From Alphaproteobacteria bacterium (GTDB lineage: Bacteria; Pseudomonadota; Alphaproteobacteria; Bin95): a DNA stretch of 64,000 nt. The notes below the pieces were generated by a model. The model did not search any database and had not been told where the DNA came from. It worked only from the letters and a program-made list of their open reading frames with translations. The stretch lies in NCBI GenBank assembly GCA_963665325.3, contig OZ224045.1, positions 576,001-640,000 on the forward strand, in the 5' to 3' direction. Both the position numbers and the translations under genes were made by a program. The number at the start of each line of letters is the position of its first letter. Positions within the stretch are counted from its first letter, which is position 1. Shown here piece after piece: positions 18,426-28,126 of this stretch.

Positions 18426-19196
18426 ATGATGACGCTCTCTTCGCCCTTCCGGATCGCCCTCCTGCTCACGGCCCTGTTGCTGCTCGGCGCCTGCGCCTGT
18501 CCGGCGCGGGCCGGCGAAATGCCTGCCGCTGGCCCCGAAGCCGAAACATCGGGCCTGGTCCAGAAGGTACTCCGCAAGGCGGGTGACGGCGATCTCGGCG
18601 AGTGGACCCGCTCCATCATGGACCGCGCACTCGGCCGTGCCGGAGAAACCGCACGCCGGACGGTCCCCGGATCGGAGTCCGGGGCAGGCCCCGGACAGGC
18701 CGGACAGACTGCGCCCCTTCCGGCCGAACGCCATGCGGCGGAGATCGCCAGAGGCACGACCGCCCGCAACGGTGCGGCCGAGATACTCATCTTCACCAGT
18801 CTGTCCGTGCCGGCGGCGAGCTGGCGGCAATGGGCCCATGACGCGGCCCGGACGGGGGCGCCGCTGGTGCTGCGCGGTGTCGGTGCGGGCGGATTGACCG
18901 AGACCGCGAAGCGGATCGGCGCCCGGCTCGGCGGCCACGAACCGGGCATCGCGATCGATCCGCGCCTGTTCCGGCTGTTCGGCATCGAACGGGTGCCCGC
19001 GGTGGTCGTGGTTCCGGGCGGCGTACCGCCCTGCGAGAACCGCGGCTGCTCAGGCGATCCGGCGCCGCCGCACGATCTCGTCGCCGGCAATATCGGCCTC
19101 ATTGCCGCTATGGAGGCCGTCGCCGCGGAAGGCGATGTCGGACGCGAGGTCGCGAAGGCGCATCTCGGACGGCTGAAAGAGGGACTCCGGCCATGA
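18426..19196 (+). CDS. trbC: TrbC (F-type)
   Basis: IFTSLSVP; LVLRG; IDPRLFRLFGIERVPAVV. Start is uncertain (18369 is an alternative). Confidence 0.88.
   Translation: MMTLSSPFRIALLLTALLLLGACACPARAGEMPAAGPEAETSGLVQKVLRKAGDGDLGEWTRSIMDRALGRAGETARRTVPGSESGAGPGQAGQTAPLPAERHAAEIARGTTARNGAAEILIFTSLSVPAASWRQWAHDAARTGAPLVLRGVGAGGLTETAKRIGARLGGHEPGIAIDPRLFRLFGIERVPAVVVVPGGVPPCENRGCSGDPAPPHDLVAGNIGLIAAMEAVAAEGDVGREVAKAHLGRLKEGLRP
18666..18689. repeat. 24-bp REP-like palindromic insert in trbC (CCCGGATCGGAGTCCGGGGCAGGC)
   Basis: One mismatch to the traW copy. Confidence 0.82.
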
Positions 19197-20314
19197 CCCG
19201 GAGGCCGATATTCCGGAGCGCGCGCGCTCCCCTGGTGATGCGCGCGATGACTTGGGCGCTCATGGCGGCGGTCCTGGGCTTCCTGCTCTGGATCGTCTTT
19301 GACGGAGTCGCACGGGCGGAGGACCCGAAAGCCGCGGCCCGCGCCATCGGCAATGCAAGCACGGCAGCGGCACGAGCGATCGCGCGGGACGCCTCGAACG
19401 CCGCCACCGTGCCGGGCTATGCCGGGACGAATGTCCCGGAGCGGCATATCGGCGCGAACGCGCTGGAGGACGAAGGCCGGGCCCGGCTCGCCGATCCCGA
19501 CGATCCCGGCGGGCAGGCCGGTCGCAGCGTGATCGAGGGCGTGACGGTCCGCCCGGACGTGCCCGTGACGGTGAGCGATCCCGGCGTCGCGCGCGGCAAG
19601 GCGGTGACAGCCGATCCGGGCAATGCCGCCCATGGCGCCGACAATCTCGCCTCGGGCAGCGTGGCGGACTGCGGCGCGGGACTGCCGGACGCGCAGGACG
19701 GCGGGAGTTGCGGTTCGGTCCGCTGGTGCGTCGGCGCGGGCTGCGAGACGGTGGAGCCGGAGGCCAACACCGGCTTCGTCGAGGCGACGACCCGGCTCAA
19801 CATGGCGCTGGAGCTGGGCGGCGAGGAGTTCGACCGGGAGAACCTGCGCTTCTTCGCCGGCAAGCGGCGGCGCTGCCACATCCATTTCGGCGGGCTGGCG
19901 AACTGCTGCAAAAACTCGGGCCTGCTGGTTGGATTGGCCAACTGCTCGGCGAACGAGCGCGAGCTCGCGAAGGAGCGCAACGCCGGCAACACCCACTATC
20001 TCGGCAGATACTGCTCGAAGCGTATCTTCGGCGTCTGCATCCGCCGGTCGCGGGCCTGGTGCGTGTTCGGCTCCAAGCTCGGGCGCATCCTGCACCAGCA
20101 GGCGCGGCCGCAGCTCGGGATCGGCTGGGGCAGCTGCCGGGGCTTCACCGTGGCCGAGGTCGAGCGCATCGACTTCGCCACGCTCGATCTCTCGGAGTTC
20201 ACCGAGGATCTGATGGACGGATCGCGGGAGCCGGCCGTGACCCTGCCCGAGGCCGGCGACACGCAGTCGGTCATGCGCGAGCGGGTGCGCGACTTCTACG
20301 GGAAAACCCCGTGA
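19193..20314 (+). CDS. traN: TraN mating-pair stabilisation protein, short form (373 aa)
   Basis: FFAGKRRRC...NCC; YLGRYCSKRIFGVC...WCVFGSKLGRILHQQARPQLG...CRGFT...IDF..LDLSEF. Confidence 0.9.
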   Translation: MTRRPIFRSARAPLVMRAMTWALMAAVLGFLLWIVFDGVARAEDPKAAARAIGNASTAAARAIARDASNAATVPGYAGTNVPERHIGANALEDEGRARLADPDDPGGQAGRSVIEGVTVRPDVPVTVSDPGVARGKAVTADPGNAAHGADNLASGSVADCGAGLPDAQDGGSCGSVRWCVGAGCETVEPEANTGFVEATTRLNMALELGGEEFDRENLRFFAGKRRRCHIHFGGLANCCKNSGLLVGLANCSANERELAKERNAGNTHYLGRYCSKRIFGVCIRRSRAWCVFGSKLGRILHQQARPQLGIGWGSCRGFTVAEVERIDFATLDLSEFTEDLMDGSREPAVTLPEAGDTQSVMRERVRDFYGKTP

Positions 20315-21174
20315 TGGCGCGCGCCACGAACCCTGCCCTTCGGCGTGTCCTTGGACGCGTCCTCGCGGCGGTCGGCGTGTGGGCGGCGCTCGGTGCCTCG
20401 GTGGCGGGCGGGGAATGGCGGTCCTGGTGTGGGCAAGGTCCCGGATCAGGTCCGGGACAAGCGCCGGACTATCGTCCGTCGCTCGGCTGGCACTTCTACT
20501 GCGACCGGGAAGAGGAAGGGCAGGAAGCCGAACCGCAGCCGGTGCCGCGTTCCCCTGAACAGACCACCTCCGCGACGGAACGCATTCTGGAATTGCGCAA
20601 GACGCTGGAAGAGGCCCGCGCGGAGGCGATCCTCGATCCAACGCCGGCGAAGGTGGCGGCCTATCTGCGCCTCCAGCAGGAGGCGCTGCAACGGGCCGCG
20701 GCCTTCTCCGACACCTTCCGGCGCACGGTCTGGGCGAGCCCGGAGCTGGACTACACGCTGAAGCGCCCGGTCGGCGCGCTCGCCAAGCAGGTCTGGTCGG
20801 ACGAGCGAAGACAGGCCCGCGATGCCGCGCTGGCCCGTCTCGGGGACCGCTACGGCCTGATCTATCTGGGCCATGCCGGCTGTGCGGGCTGCAAGGTGTT
20901 CGGCCCGTTGCTGCGCGCCTTCGCGATGCGCCACGGCCTCGACGTGCTGGCCGTCTCGCTTAGCGGCGCGGCGCTGGAGGGCTGGCCGGAAGCGGTCGCC
21001 GACAATGGACGCGCCGCCCGGCTCGGTCTCGCGGGTACCCCGGTGCCGGCCCTGGTGCTGTTCGACACGAAGACGCGGCGCGTCCTGCCGGTCGGCTTCG
21101 GCGTTCTGGCCGAGGACGAGATGGCAGAGCGCATCTTCGCCCTCACCGCCCTGGAGCCCGGACATGACTATTGA
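20314..21174 (+). CDS. traF: TraF (thioredoxin-like)
   Basis: GWHFYCD; EAILDPT...YLRLQ; CAGC; VPALVL. Confidence 0.9.
   Translation: MARATNPALRRVLGRVLAAVGVWAALGASVAGGEWRSWCGQGPGSGPGQAPDYRPSLGWHFYCDREEEGQEAEPQPVPRSPEQTTSATERILELRKTLEEARAEAILDPTPAKVAAYLRLQQEALQRAAAFSDTFRRTVWASPELDYTLKRPVGALAKQVWSDERRQARDAALARLGDRYGLIYLGHAGCAGCKVFGPLLRAFAMRHGLDVLAVSLSGAALEGWPEAVADNGRAARLGLAGTPVPALVLFDTKTRRVLPVGFGVLAEDEMAERIFALTALEPGHDY
20440..20463. repeat. 24-bp REP-like palindromic insert in traF (CCCGGATCAGGTCCGGGACAAGCG)
   Basis: Same family; encodes PGSGPGQA. Confidence 0.78.
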
Positions 21175-22588
21175 ACGCAGGAAGATCGCGGCCGCTGTCG
21201 CCATGGGCATGCTGCTGACGGCGACCGTACCGGCCAGGGCCGACGTTCTCTCCGAGATGAACCGCTTCTGGCAGGGCGCGGCGGTGAACGCGACCGGCCC
21301 GACCGCGTTCAACGGCCAGGCCTCGGGCCACTGGACGCTCGGCAACCTCTATCTCCGCGCGCCGGTGCGCTCGGAGCAGGTCGCCACCGTGAGCCTGCCC
21401 TCGTTCCGCGCCGGCTGCGGCGGCATCGACGCCTTCGCCGGCGCGTTCTCGTTCATCAACAGCGACCAGCTCATCGCCTTCGGGCGCGCGGTGGCTCAGA
21501 ACGCCGCCGGCTTCGCCTTCGAGCTGGCCCTGGAGACCATCTCGCCGGTGATCGCCGAGACCATGGCAAAGCTCCGGGCGCTGGCGCAATGGGTCAACGG
21601 GCAGAACCTCAACAGCTGCGAGACCGCCCAGGCGCTGGTCGGCGCGCTCTGGTCGAAGAACGACCGGGCGAGCGCGTCGATCTGCGCCGCCATCGGCACC
21701 TCGCAGGGCATCTTCTCCGACTATGCCGCCGCGAAGCACGGCTGCGGCGCGGACGGCAAGAGGAACTCCACCCTGGCGTCGGCCTCCGGGGCGATGGCGG
21801 ACCAGGTGCCGGTCAATGTCAACTATGCCTGGAAGGCGATAAGGGCGTCGTCCTTCCTCTCGGGCGATGCCCAGCTCGCCGAGTTCGCCATGGCGGTCAC
21901 CGGCACGCTGATCGTCACCGCGCCCACCTCGGACGGCGACAACTCGGGGCCGCGAGTGCGTATCCTGGAGCCGCTGGCACTCGACCGGCGGGTGACGGAA
22001 GTGCTGATGGAGGGCGGCGGCAGCCTGCCCGTCTATCGCTGCGACACCAGTACCCTCTGCCTCAATCCCACTCTCGGCACGGTATCGATCCCCGCCGACC
22101 GGGGCTTCCGGGCGCGGGTGGCGGAATTGCTGCGCGACCTGGTCGATGCGGTCCGGAACGACACCGCCCCGCCCGCGCCGGCGCTCGGCCTGGTCAATCT
22201 CACCACGCTGCCGGTCTACCGGGTCGCCAACGCGGCCGCCGCATACAGGGGCGCGGTGGTCGACCAGGAGATGGACGCGCTCGCCGAGGCCGTGGCGCTC
22301 GACGTGATGCAGGTCTGGCTCTCGGACCTGCACCGCACGGTCGAGGAGCGCGCCGGCACGCTCGACATCGCCGACGGCGAGCAATTGCAGCGCTGGCGCG
22401 AGGGGCTCAGGTCCAACCGCACCGCGCTGGCGCGGCACCGCAATGAGGGTCTCGCCCGCTTCAACACCGCGCTCGCCGTGGTCGAGAAGCTGCGCCTGAT
22501 CGAGACCGAGCTCGCCGGGGCGCTCTCCGCCGATCTCCGTGCCGCATTGGCCTTCGCACGCGGCGGCGCCGGGGCCGGGTCGCGGTAA
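21164..22588 (+). CDS. traH: TraH
   Basis: PSFRAGCGGIDAFAGAFSFIN; AFELALETISP; NSCETAQALV. Confidence 0.95.
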   Translation: MTIERRKIAAAVAMGMLLTATVPARADVLSEMNRFWQGAAVNATGPTAFNGQASGHWTLGNLYLRAPVRSEQVATVSLPSFRAGCGGIDAFAGAFSFINSDQLIAFGRAVAQNAAGFAFELALETISPVIAETMAKLRALAQWVNGQNLNSCETAQALVGALWSKNDRASASICAAIGTSQGIFSDYAAAKHGCGADGKRNSTLASASGAMADQVPVNVNYAWKAIRASSFLSGDAQLAEFAMAVTGTLIVTAPTSDGDNSGPRVRILEPLALDRRVTEVLMEGGGSLPVYRCDTSTLCLNPTLGTVSIPADRGFRARVAELLRDLVDAVRNDTAPPAPALGLVNLTTLPVYRVANAAAAYRGAVVDQEMDALAEAVALDVMQVWLSDLHRTVEERAGTLDIADGEQLQRWREGLRSNRTALARHRNEGLARFNTALAVVEKLRLIETELAGALSADLRAALAFARGGAGAGSR

Positions 22589-22601
22589 CCCCCACTATAT
22601 A

Positions 22602-25502
22602 ATGTACGAGCTCTTCACCCTCGGCGGCGGCGCCTACCTGGTCGACCTGCTGAACGCGGTGGCGGCCATTACCGGCGGCGGGGCCTTCGTCAACCTCGCG
22701 CAGCTCGCCGGCATGGCCGGTCTCGCCTGGGTGCTGTTCCGCACCGCCTTCGGCGGCTCGTGGAAGGACAACGCGAAGTGGATGCTGCTCTTCGCCGCCG
22801 TCTGGGGCGCGATGATCGTGCCGAAGGCGACGGTGCGGGTGGTGGACCGGCTCGATCCGGCCCTGGCTCCGGCGGTGGTCGCCAACGTGCCCATCGGGCT
22901 CGCGCTGTTCGCCTCGCTTACATCGCAAGTGGGCGACGGTCTCACCCGTCTCACCGAACAGGCCTTCGCGCTGCCGAACGATCTCGCCTACCGCCGCCAC
23001 GGGCTGATCTTCGGCGCTAGGCTGGCCGGCAAGGCGACCCGGCTCGAAGTGACCGACGCGGTGTTCGCAAGGAACATCCGCAACTACGCAAGGCAGTGCG
23101 TCTTCCCCGCCCTGCTGCTGGGCCACGTCTCGGTGGACGATCTCAGGGAGAGCACCGATATCTGGCGGCTGGTGACGGCCACCGGCACGCCGTCCGCCGG
23201 GGCCTCGCCCGCGCGCATGGTCGAGTTCGCCACAAGGCAGGCGGCCTCGGGCACGGGCGCCACGACCGTGGACCGCACCATCGTCACCTGCCGCGATGCG
23301 GCGGGCAGGCTGAACGCGCAGTGGAACGCCGAGATCGCCCGCGCCGGCACGATCTTCGGGCGCAGGATATTCCCCGATGCAAGGACCGACGCGCTGGCCA
23401 GGGCCGAGCTGCTGGCGTCGCTGCCCGCCGCGCACGACTTCCTGATCGGCGCGTCGCGCTCGGCGGGCGAGATCATGCGCCAGCAGATGGTGCTGAACGC
23501 GGTCCACGACGCCGGCGAGCAATGGGCCGCCGAGGCCGGCAACGCCGCCGCCTTGCGGGCCTACACCGAGGCCAGGGCCGAAGCCCAGACCGTCTCCGCC
23601 TACCGCGCCATCGGACGGCAGGCCGAGACCTGGGTGCCCCTGCTCCGCATCGTCTTCGAATGCCTCTATGTCGGGGCGTTCCCGATGGCGGTGCTGCTGA
23701 TGCTGACGCCCGCGGGGGCGGCGATCTTCCGGTCCTACGTCACCGGGCTGGTCTGGCTCCAGTCCTGGGGACCGCTCTACGCCGTGCTGCACCGGATCTC
23801 GATGGGCGAGGCGGCGGAAAGGATGTCCGCCGCCACGGCGATGCCGAACGGTGAGATCGGCATCTCGCTGGTCGCCCAGGCCGGCATAAGGGCGGTCGCC
23901 GCCGATGTGGCGGTGATGTCGGGCTACCTCTCCATGTCGGTGCCCTTCCTCGCCGCCGCGCTGGCCTACGGCCTCTCCAAGGCGACGGTGCTCGCGACCT
24001 CGGTGCTGGCGGTCGGCCAGGACGCGGCCTCATCGGCGGCGCATGAGGGCACGACGGGCAATCTCTCCCTCTCCAACACCGGCTACGACAGCCACCGCTT
24101 CGGCACCCTGGAAGGCCGCCAGATCCGCACCTCGGCCCATGTCGATACCGACCGCTACACCGGCTATGCGCCGGCCGGGGCGGGGTTCACCGTTACCTCC
24201 GACGGCACGGCGGTCGTGGATGCCTCCTCCGCGACCAGCAGAATCCCGGCCGCCGGGGTGCGGATCTCGGAATCGCTGGCCACCAGCTACGAGACCCGCG
24301 CGGCGCAGGCCCGCTCGCTCGCCCGCAACTGGGACGTTCAGGTCGGCATGGCCAGGAACGCGGCCGTGACCGACGCGGCCGGGCTGGTGGAGCGCTACAG
24401 CCATGACGTGAATGTCGGCGAGGCGCACGCGCGCGGGGTGACGGAGAGCGAGAGCGCCCAGGTCCAGGCGCTCGAGTCGCACTACGAGAAGCTCGCCGAG
24501 ATCGGCGGCATCACGAAGAACCAGGCCGCGGTGTTGACCGGCGAGGCGAAGATCGGCGGCGGGTTCGAGAAGATCGTGCAGCTCGGCGCGAGCGGGACCG
24601 CGACCTGGCGCGGCGAGACCATCGAGTCCGACGCCTGGAACCGGGTCCGGGAATACGACCGTCAGCACGGGGTGACGGAGCTGTGGTCCAGCGTCTCGGA
24701 GGCGTCGCGGCGCTACTCGGCGGCGACCGGCGAGAGCGAGGCGGCCGCGCTGGAGGAGAGCCTCAACGCCAACCTGACGCGGATGCGCAGCTTCCAGGAG
24801 CGGGCCTCGATGGCGCGCCAGGAGTCCGAGAGCTGGTCGGAGCAGGAGGCGCAGGTCAGGAGCGATGCGCAGGCGATCGACCGCGACCTCGCCCAGCCCT
24901 TCTTCGCCTGGCTGTCGGAGCGGGAGGGCACGGACGGCCGCCCGATCGGCGCGGCCGGGGCCGCCGCCCTGATCTCGGTGCAGACGGCGGAGGACGCGGA
25001 GACCCTGCGCGAGCATGCCGCCGCGTTCGTCGCGGAGAAGTTCCCCGCGCCCGCGGGACCGGACCCGGCGTCGATCGGCGGCGCGGCGGAATACGGCGCG
25101 GCGCGCGACACGCTGTCGGAGGCCTATGGCCGCGAGACCGCGGCGGCCCATGCCGGCTGGTCGGAAGGCGTGCGCGACCGGGCGCGCGCGGCGGGAACGC
25201 CGCGGCCGGGCGGCGTGGCGGAGGATGCGATCCGGGAAGGCGCGCGGGCGGAGACCGACATGATCGTGCGCGCCAGCGCGCGCGAGGCGCGGACCGCGGT
25301 GACGCGGGACGACGCGCTGGAGGGCCGGGCCGGGGTCGCGGCGGAAACCGGGAAGCCCTTCGAGCACCATGCCACCGAGAACCTGCCCCTGATCGGCGGC
25401 TGGCTCGCCGGCAAGCTGTTCGGCACCGCGCGCAACGCCGCGCCGGACGGCGAGCAGCCGAAGACGATGCCTGCGCCGGACTGGGGAAACCAGTCGCCGT
25501 GA
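22602..25502 (+). CDS. traG: TraG (F-type, VirB6-like N-terminus)
   Basis: MYELFTLGGG; VANVPIGLA; WLQSWGPLYAVL; Ser/Ala-rich C-terminus. Confidence 0.93.
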   Translation: MYELFTLGGGAYLVDLLNAVAAITGGGAFVNLAQLAGMAGLAWVLFRTAFGGSWKDNAKWMLLFAAVWGAMIVPKATVRVVDRLDPALAPAVVANVPIGLALFASLTSQVGDGLTRLTEQAFALPNDLAYRRHGLIFGARLAGKATRLEVTDAVFARNIRNYARQCVFPALLLGHVSVDDLRESTDIWRLVTATGTPSAGASPARMVEFATRQAASGTGATTVDRTIVTCRDAAGRLNAQWNAEIARAGTIFGRRIFPDARTDALARAELLASLPAAHDFLIGASRSAGEIMRQQMVLNAVHDAGEQWAAEAGNAAALRAYTEARAEAQTVSAYRAIGRQAETWVPLLRIVFECLYVGAFPMAVLLMLTPAGAAIFRSYVTGLVWLQSWGPLYAVLHRISMGEAAERMSAATAMPNGEIGISLVAQAGIRAVAADVAVMSGYLSMSVPFLAAALAYGLSKATVLATSVLAVGQDAASSAAHEGTTGNLSLSNTGYDSHRFGTLEGRQIRTSAHVDTDRYTGYAPAGAGFTVTSDGTAVVDASSATSRIPAAGVRISESLATSYETRAAQARSLARNWDVQVGMARNAAVTDAAGLVERYSHDVNVGEAHARGVTESESAQVQALESHYEKLAEIGGITKNQAAVLTGEAKIGGGFEKIVQLGASGTATWRGETIESDAWNRVREYDRQHGVTELWSSVSEASRRYSAATGESEAAALEESLNANLTRMRSFQERASMARQESESWSEQEAQVRSDAQAIDRDLAQPFFAWLSEREGTDGRPIGAAGAAALISVQTAEDAETLREHAAAFVAEKFPAPAGPDPASIGGAAEYGAARDTLSEAYGRETAAAHAGWSEGVRDRARAAGTPRPGGVAEDAIREGARAETDMIVRASAREARTAVTRDDALEGRAGVAAETGKPFEHHATENLPLIGGWLAGKLFGTARNAAPDGEQPKTMPAPDWGNQSP

Positions 25503-25516
25503 CGCGGCCGGTGCGT

Positions 25517-25870
25517 TCAGTTCCCGCGCATCAGCCGTTCGTGCTCCTCGTGGATGCGCATCCAGGCGTAGGAGCCGGTCCGGGTGCCCCAGTCGAAATC
25601 CTCGCCGCTTCCGTCGGCAGGCTCGTAGTTCCGGAACGCCGACCAGTCCCGGTGGCGCAAGCCCTGCCACAGGGCGGCGGCGAGGGCGGCGGCGACCGTC
25701 CAGGCGATCGCGGCCATCCAGAGGGGGCCGATGGCCTCCGTGCCGGATCCGGCCGCCAGCGACGCGGCGGAGTACAGTGCCGCCAGGGCGAACCCGCCGA
25801 GCACGAAGAGGCGCTCCCGCCAGGTGCTCGGGCGTTGCCGCCGGTCCGTGGATGTTCCCGTCATGTCCAT
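25517..25870 (-). CDS. Small two-TM membrane protein, candidate entry-exclusion factor
   Basis: Two hydrophobic segments; convergent with traG, like eex of SXT/IncC. Function inferred from position only. Confidence 0.55.
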   Translation of the reverse strand: MDMTGTSTDRRQRPSTWRERLFVLGGFALAALYSAASLAAGSGTEAIGPLWMAAIAWTVAAALAAALWQGLRHRDWSAFRNYEPADGSGEDFDWGTRTGSYAWMRIHEEHERLMRGN

Positions 25871-26004
25871 GGTCCTCCATCATACCGGCGCCGGCGCGGA
25901 TTGCAGCCGCCGCCCGCCTCGGGCGCGACGCTCTCCGGCCCCGCCTTCTTCGGCCCGCGCCCCGCCGGCCTCCGGCTCCTTGCGGCGCGGCCCGCGATGC
26001 GGCG

Positions 26005-28125
26005 ATGATCCGGGGCGTCGGCGGCAGCACGCTCAGGGGCGGCCAGACCGTCTTCCACGGCATCCGCATGTGGGGCCAGCTGTTCCAGGCCGCGCTGCTG
26101 TTCGCCGCCTTCACCACCGTCGCCGTCCCGGCCTGGAACCTCTGGCATTCGACCTCGGGCGCGGAGTGGTATGCCGCCGGCATGGTGACGCTCGCGGAGT
26201 CGAAGCTCGCGCTCGGCTACGAGCGGGACTCGGGACAGGAGATCCGCTTCCCCGACGGCACGCGGCGCGTGCTCGCCATCCGCGACATCGCGTCGTCGGT
26301 GCCGGCGCTCGAGGCGCGCGAGAAGATCCTCGCCGAAATACTGGCGAGCGCCTGGCTCGGCCTGAAGACCGGCGGCGGGCTGATCGCGCTCTTCCTCGCC
26401 GTCTTCTGGTATCGCGGCGTGCAGCTCGGGCGGCAGAGACGGATCCGGGGCGCGGAACTGGTCACCGGGGCCGAACTGCATCGCCGGGTGCGGCCGCCCC
26501 ATCTGCGCCTGCTCGACCGCGCGCCGGGCGCGGCACGAACGCGGCCCTGGCGCATCGCCGGCATCCCGTATCCGGAGCGGACCGAGACCCAGCACACGAT
26601 CGTCTCCGGCACCACGGGCTCGGGCAAGACCGTGCTGATCTCGGACCTGGTGGCCCAGATCCGCGCGAAGGGCGAGCGCTGCGTGATCTACGACAAGATG
26701 GGCAGCTTCACCGCGACCTTCTTCGATCCCGCCCGCGACGTGCTGATGAACCCGCTGGATGCCAGGGCGCCCTGCTGGTCGCCCTTCCTCGAAGCCAGGA
26801 ACCCCCGCGACTTCGACATGATGGCCGCGGCCCTGATCCCGCAGCAGAAGGACACGGTCGATCCCTTCTGGGTGACGGCGGCACGCCAGCTCTTCGCCAA
26901 CGGCGCGGGCGTGCTGCGCGAGAAGGGCGTCACGCAGAACCGGGTGCTGGTCGAGCACCTGCTCAAGACCGACCTCACCGCGCTCGCCCAGGCGATGGAG
27001 GGCACGGTCGCGCAGTCGATCGTCGATCCCGAGAACCCCAAGACCGCGCTCAGCGTGCGCGCCATGCTGACCGCCAACCTCGCCGCCTTCGAGTTCCTGC
27101 CCGACGAGGGCAGGCCCTTCTCGATCCGGGAGTGGATATCCCGGGAGCGGCAGGACGGGTTCCTGTTCCTGACCTCGCGCGGAGACCAGCACGCCAGTCT
27201 GCGCGGGCTGATCTCGACCTGGCTGGAGATCGCGGTCAACGCCATGCTCTCGCTGGCGCAGGACGACGGCAGGCGCATTTGGGTGATCCTCGACGAGCTG
27301 CCGACGCTCCACCAGGTGCCCTCGCTCCAGCCGGGCCTCGCCGAATCCCGCCAGTTCGGCGGCTGCTTCGTGCTCGGCGTCCAGGTCGCTTCGGCGCTGC
27401 GCGACCTCTACGGAAGGAACGGCGCGGAGACGATCTCCGGGCTCTGCGGTACGCGGGTGGTGCTGGCGGCGCCCGACCGCGACACCGCGCAGTGGTCGGC
27501 CGACAGCCTCGGGCGCAGCGAGATCGAGGAGGTGACGGAGGGCTACTCCTACGGCGCCAACACCATCCGCGACGGGGTCTCGCTCACGCCGCGCCGCGAA
27601 CTCAGGGCGCTGGCGCTGCCGTCGGAGATCATGCGGCTGGAGAACCTCTCGGGCTATCTCAAGTTCCCCGGCCCCTTCCCGGTCGCCTCCGTCAGGCTCA
27701 AATACGTCGCCCGGCCGAAGGCGGCGGAGCGGTTCGTGCCGCGCAAGGACGATGGGGCAGAGCCCGGTGAAGCGCTTGCCACGGCACCCTCCAGAGATGA
27801 GGAAGTGACGATTCCGGAGCCGCCGGGCCCGGACGAGACCGGCCTGGCCGACGGCCCGGATACGCCCGAAATGCCCTCCGAGGCCGTGTCCCGGCAGGGC
27901 GAGCTGGCGCTGCTTCCCCTGCCGGGCGAGGCGGGGGATGTGCAACCGGAGGCCGCGGCGGACGAAACGGTGGACGGGGAAGCGCCGGAGAGCGAGGGCA
28001 AGGCGGCGGACGGCGATGGCGGAGCGCCCGCGCCGCGGGACGATGCGCCGGATGCCGGTTCGAGACCGGCTGACCCGCCGCGTTCTTCCGACGGCGGCAG
28101 CGGCCGCGGGTCCGACTGGGGCTGA
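26005..28125 (+). CDS. traD: Type IV coupling protein TraD/TrwB
   Basis: GTTGSGKT Walker A; YDKMG; WVILDELPTL; ESRQFGGCFVLGVQ; acidic C-terminal tail. Confidence 0.95.
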   Translation: MIRGVGGSTLRGGQTVFHGIRMWGQLFQAALLFAAFTTVAVPAWNLWHSTSGAEWYAAGMVTLAESKLALGYERDSGQEIRFPDGTRRVLAIRDIASSVPALEAREKILAEILASAWLGLKTGGGLIALFLAVFWYRGVQLGRQRRIRGAELVTGAELHRRVRPPHLRLLDRAPGAARTRPWRIAGIPYPERTETQHTIVSGTTGSGKTVLISDLVAQIRAKGERCVIYDKMGSFTATFFDPARDVLMNPLDARAPCWSPFLEARNPRDFDMMAAALIPQQKDTVDPFWVTAARQLFANGAGVLREKGVTQNRVLVEHLLKTDLTALAQAMEGTVAQSIVDPENPKTALSVRAMLTANLAAFEFLPDEGRPFSIREWISRERQDGFLFLTSRGDQHASLRGLISTWLEIAVNAMLSLAQDDGRRIWVILDELPTLHQVPSLQPGLAESRQFGGCFVLGVQVASALRDLYGRNGAETISGLCGTRVVLAAPDRDTAQWSADSLGRSEIEEVTEGYSYGANTIRDGVSLTPRRELRALALPSEIMRLENLSGYLKFPGPFPVASVRLKYVARPKAAERFVPRKDDGAEPGEALATAPSRDEEVTIPEPPGPDETGLADGPDTPEMPSEAVSRQGELALLPLPGEAGDVQPEAAADETVDGEAPESEGKAADGDGGAPAPRDDAPDAGSRPADPPRSSDGGSGRGSDWG

Positions 28126-28126
28126 C

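Noticed and set aside
22596-22604. TATAAT immediately before the traG ATG as a promoter
   Set aside because: It overlaps the start codon, too close even for a leaderless transcript, and has no -35.
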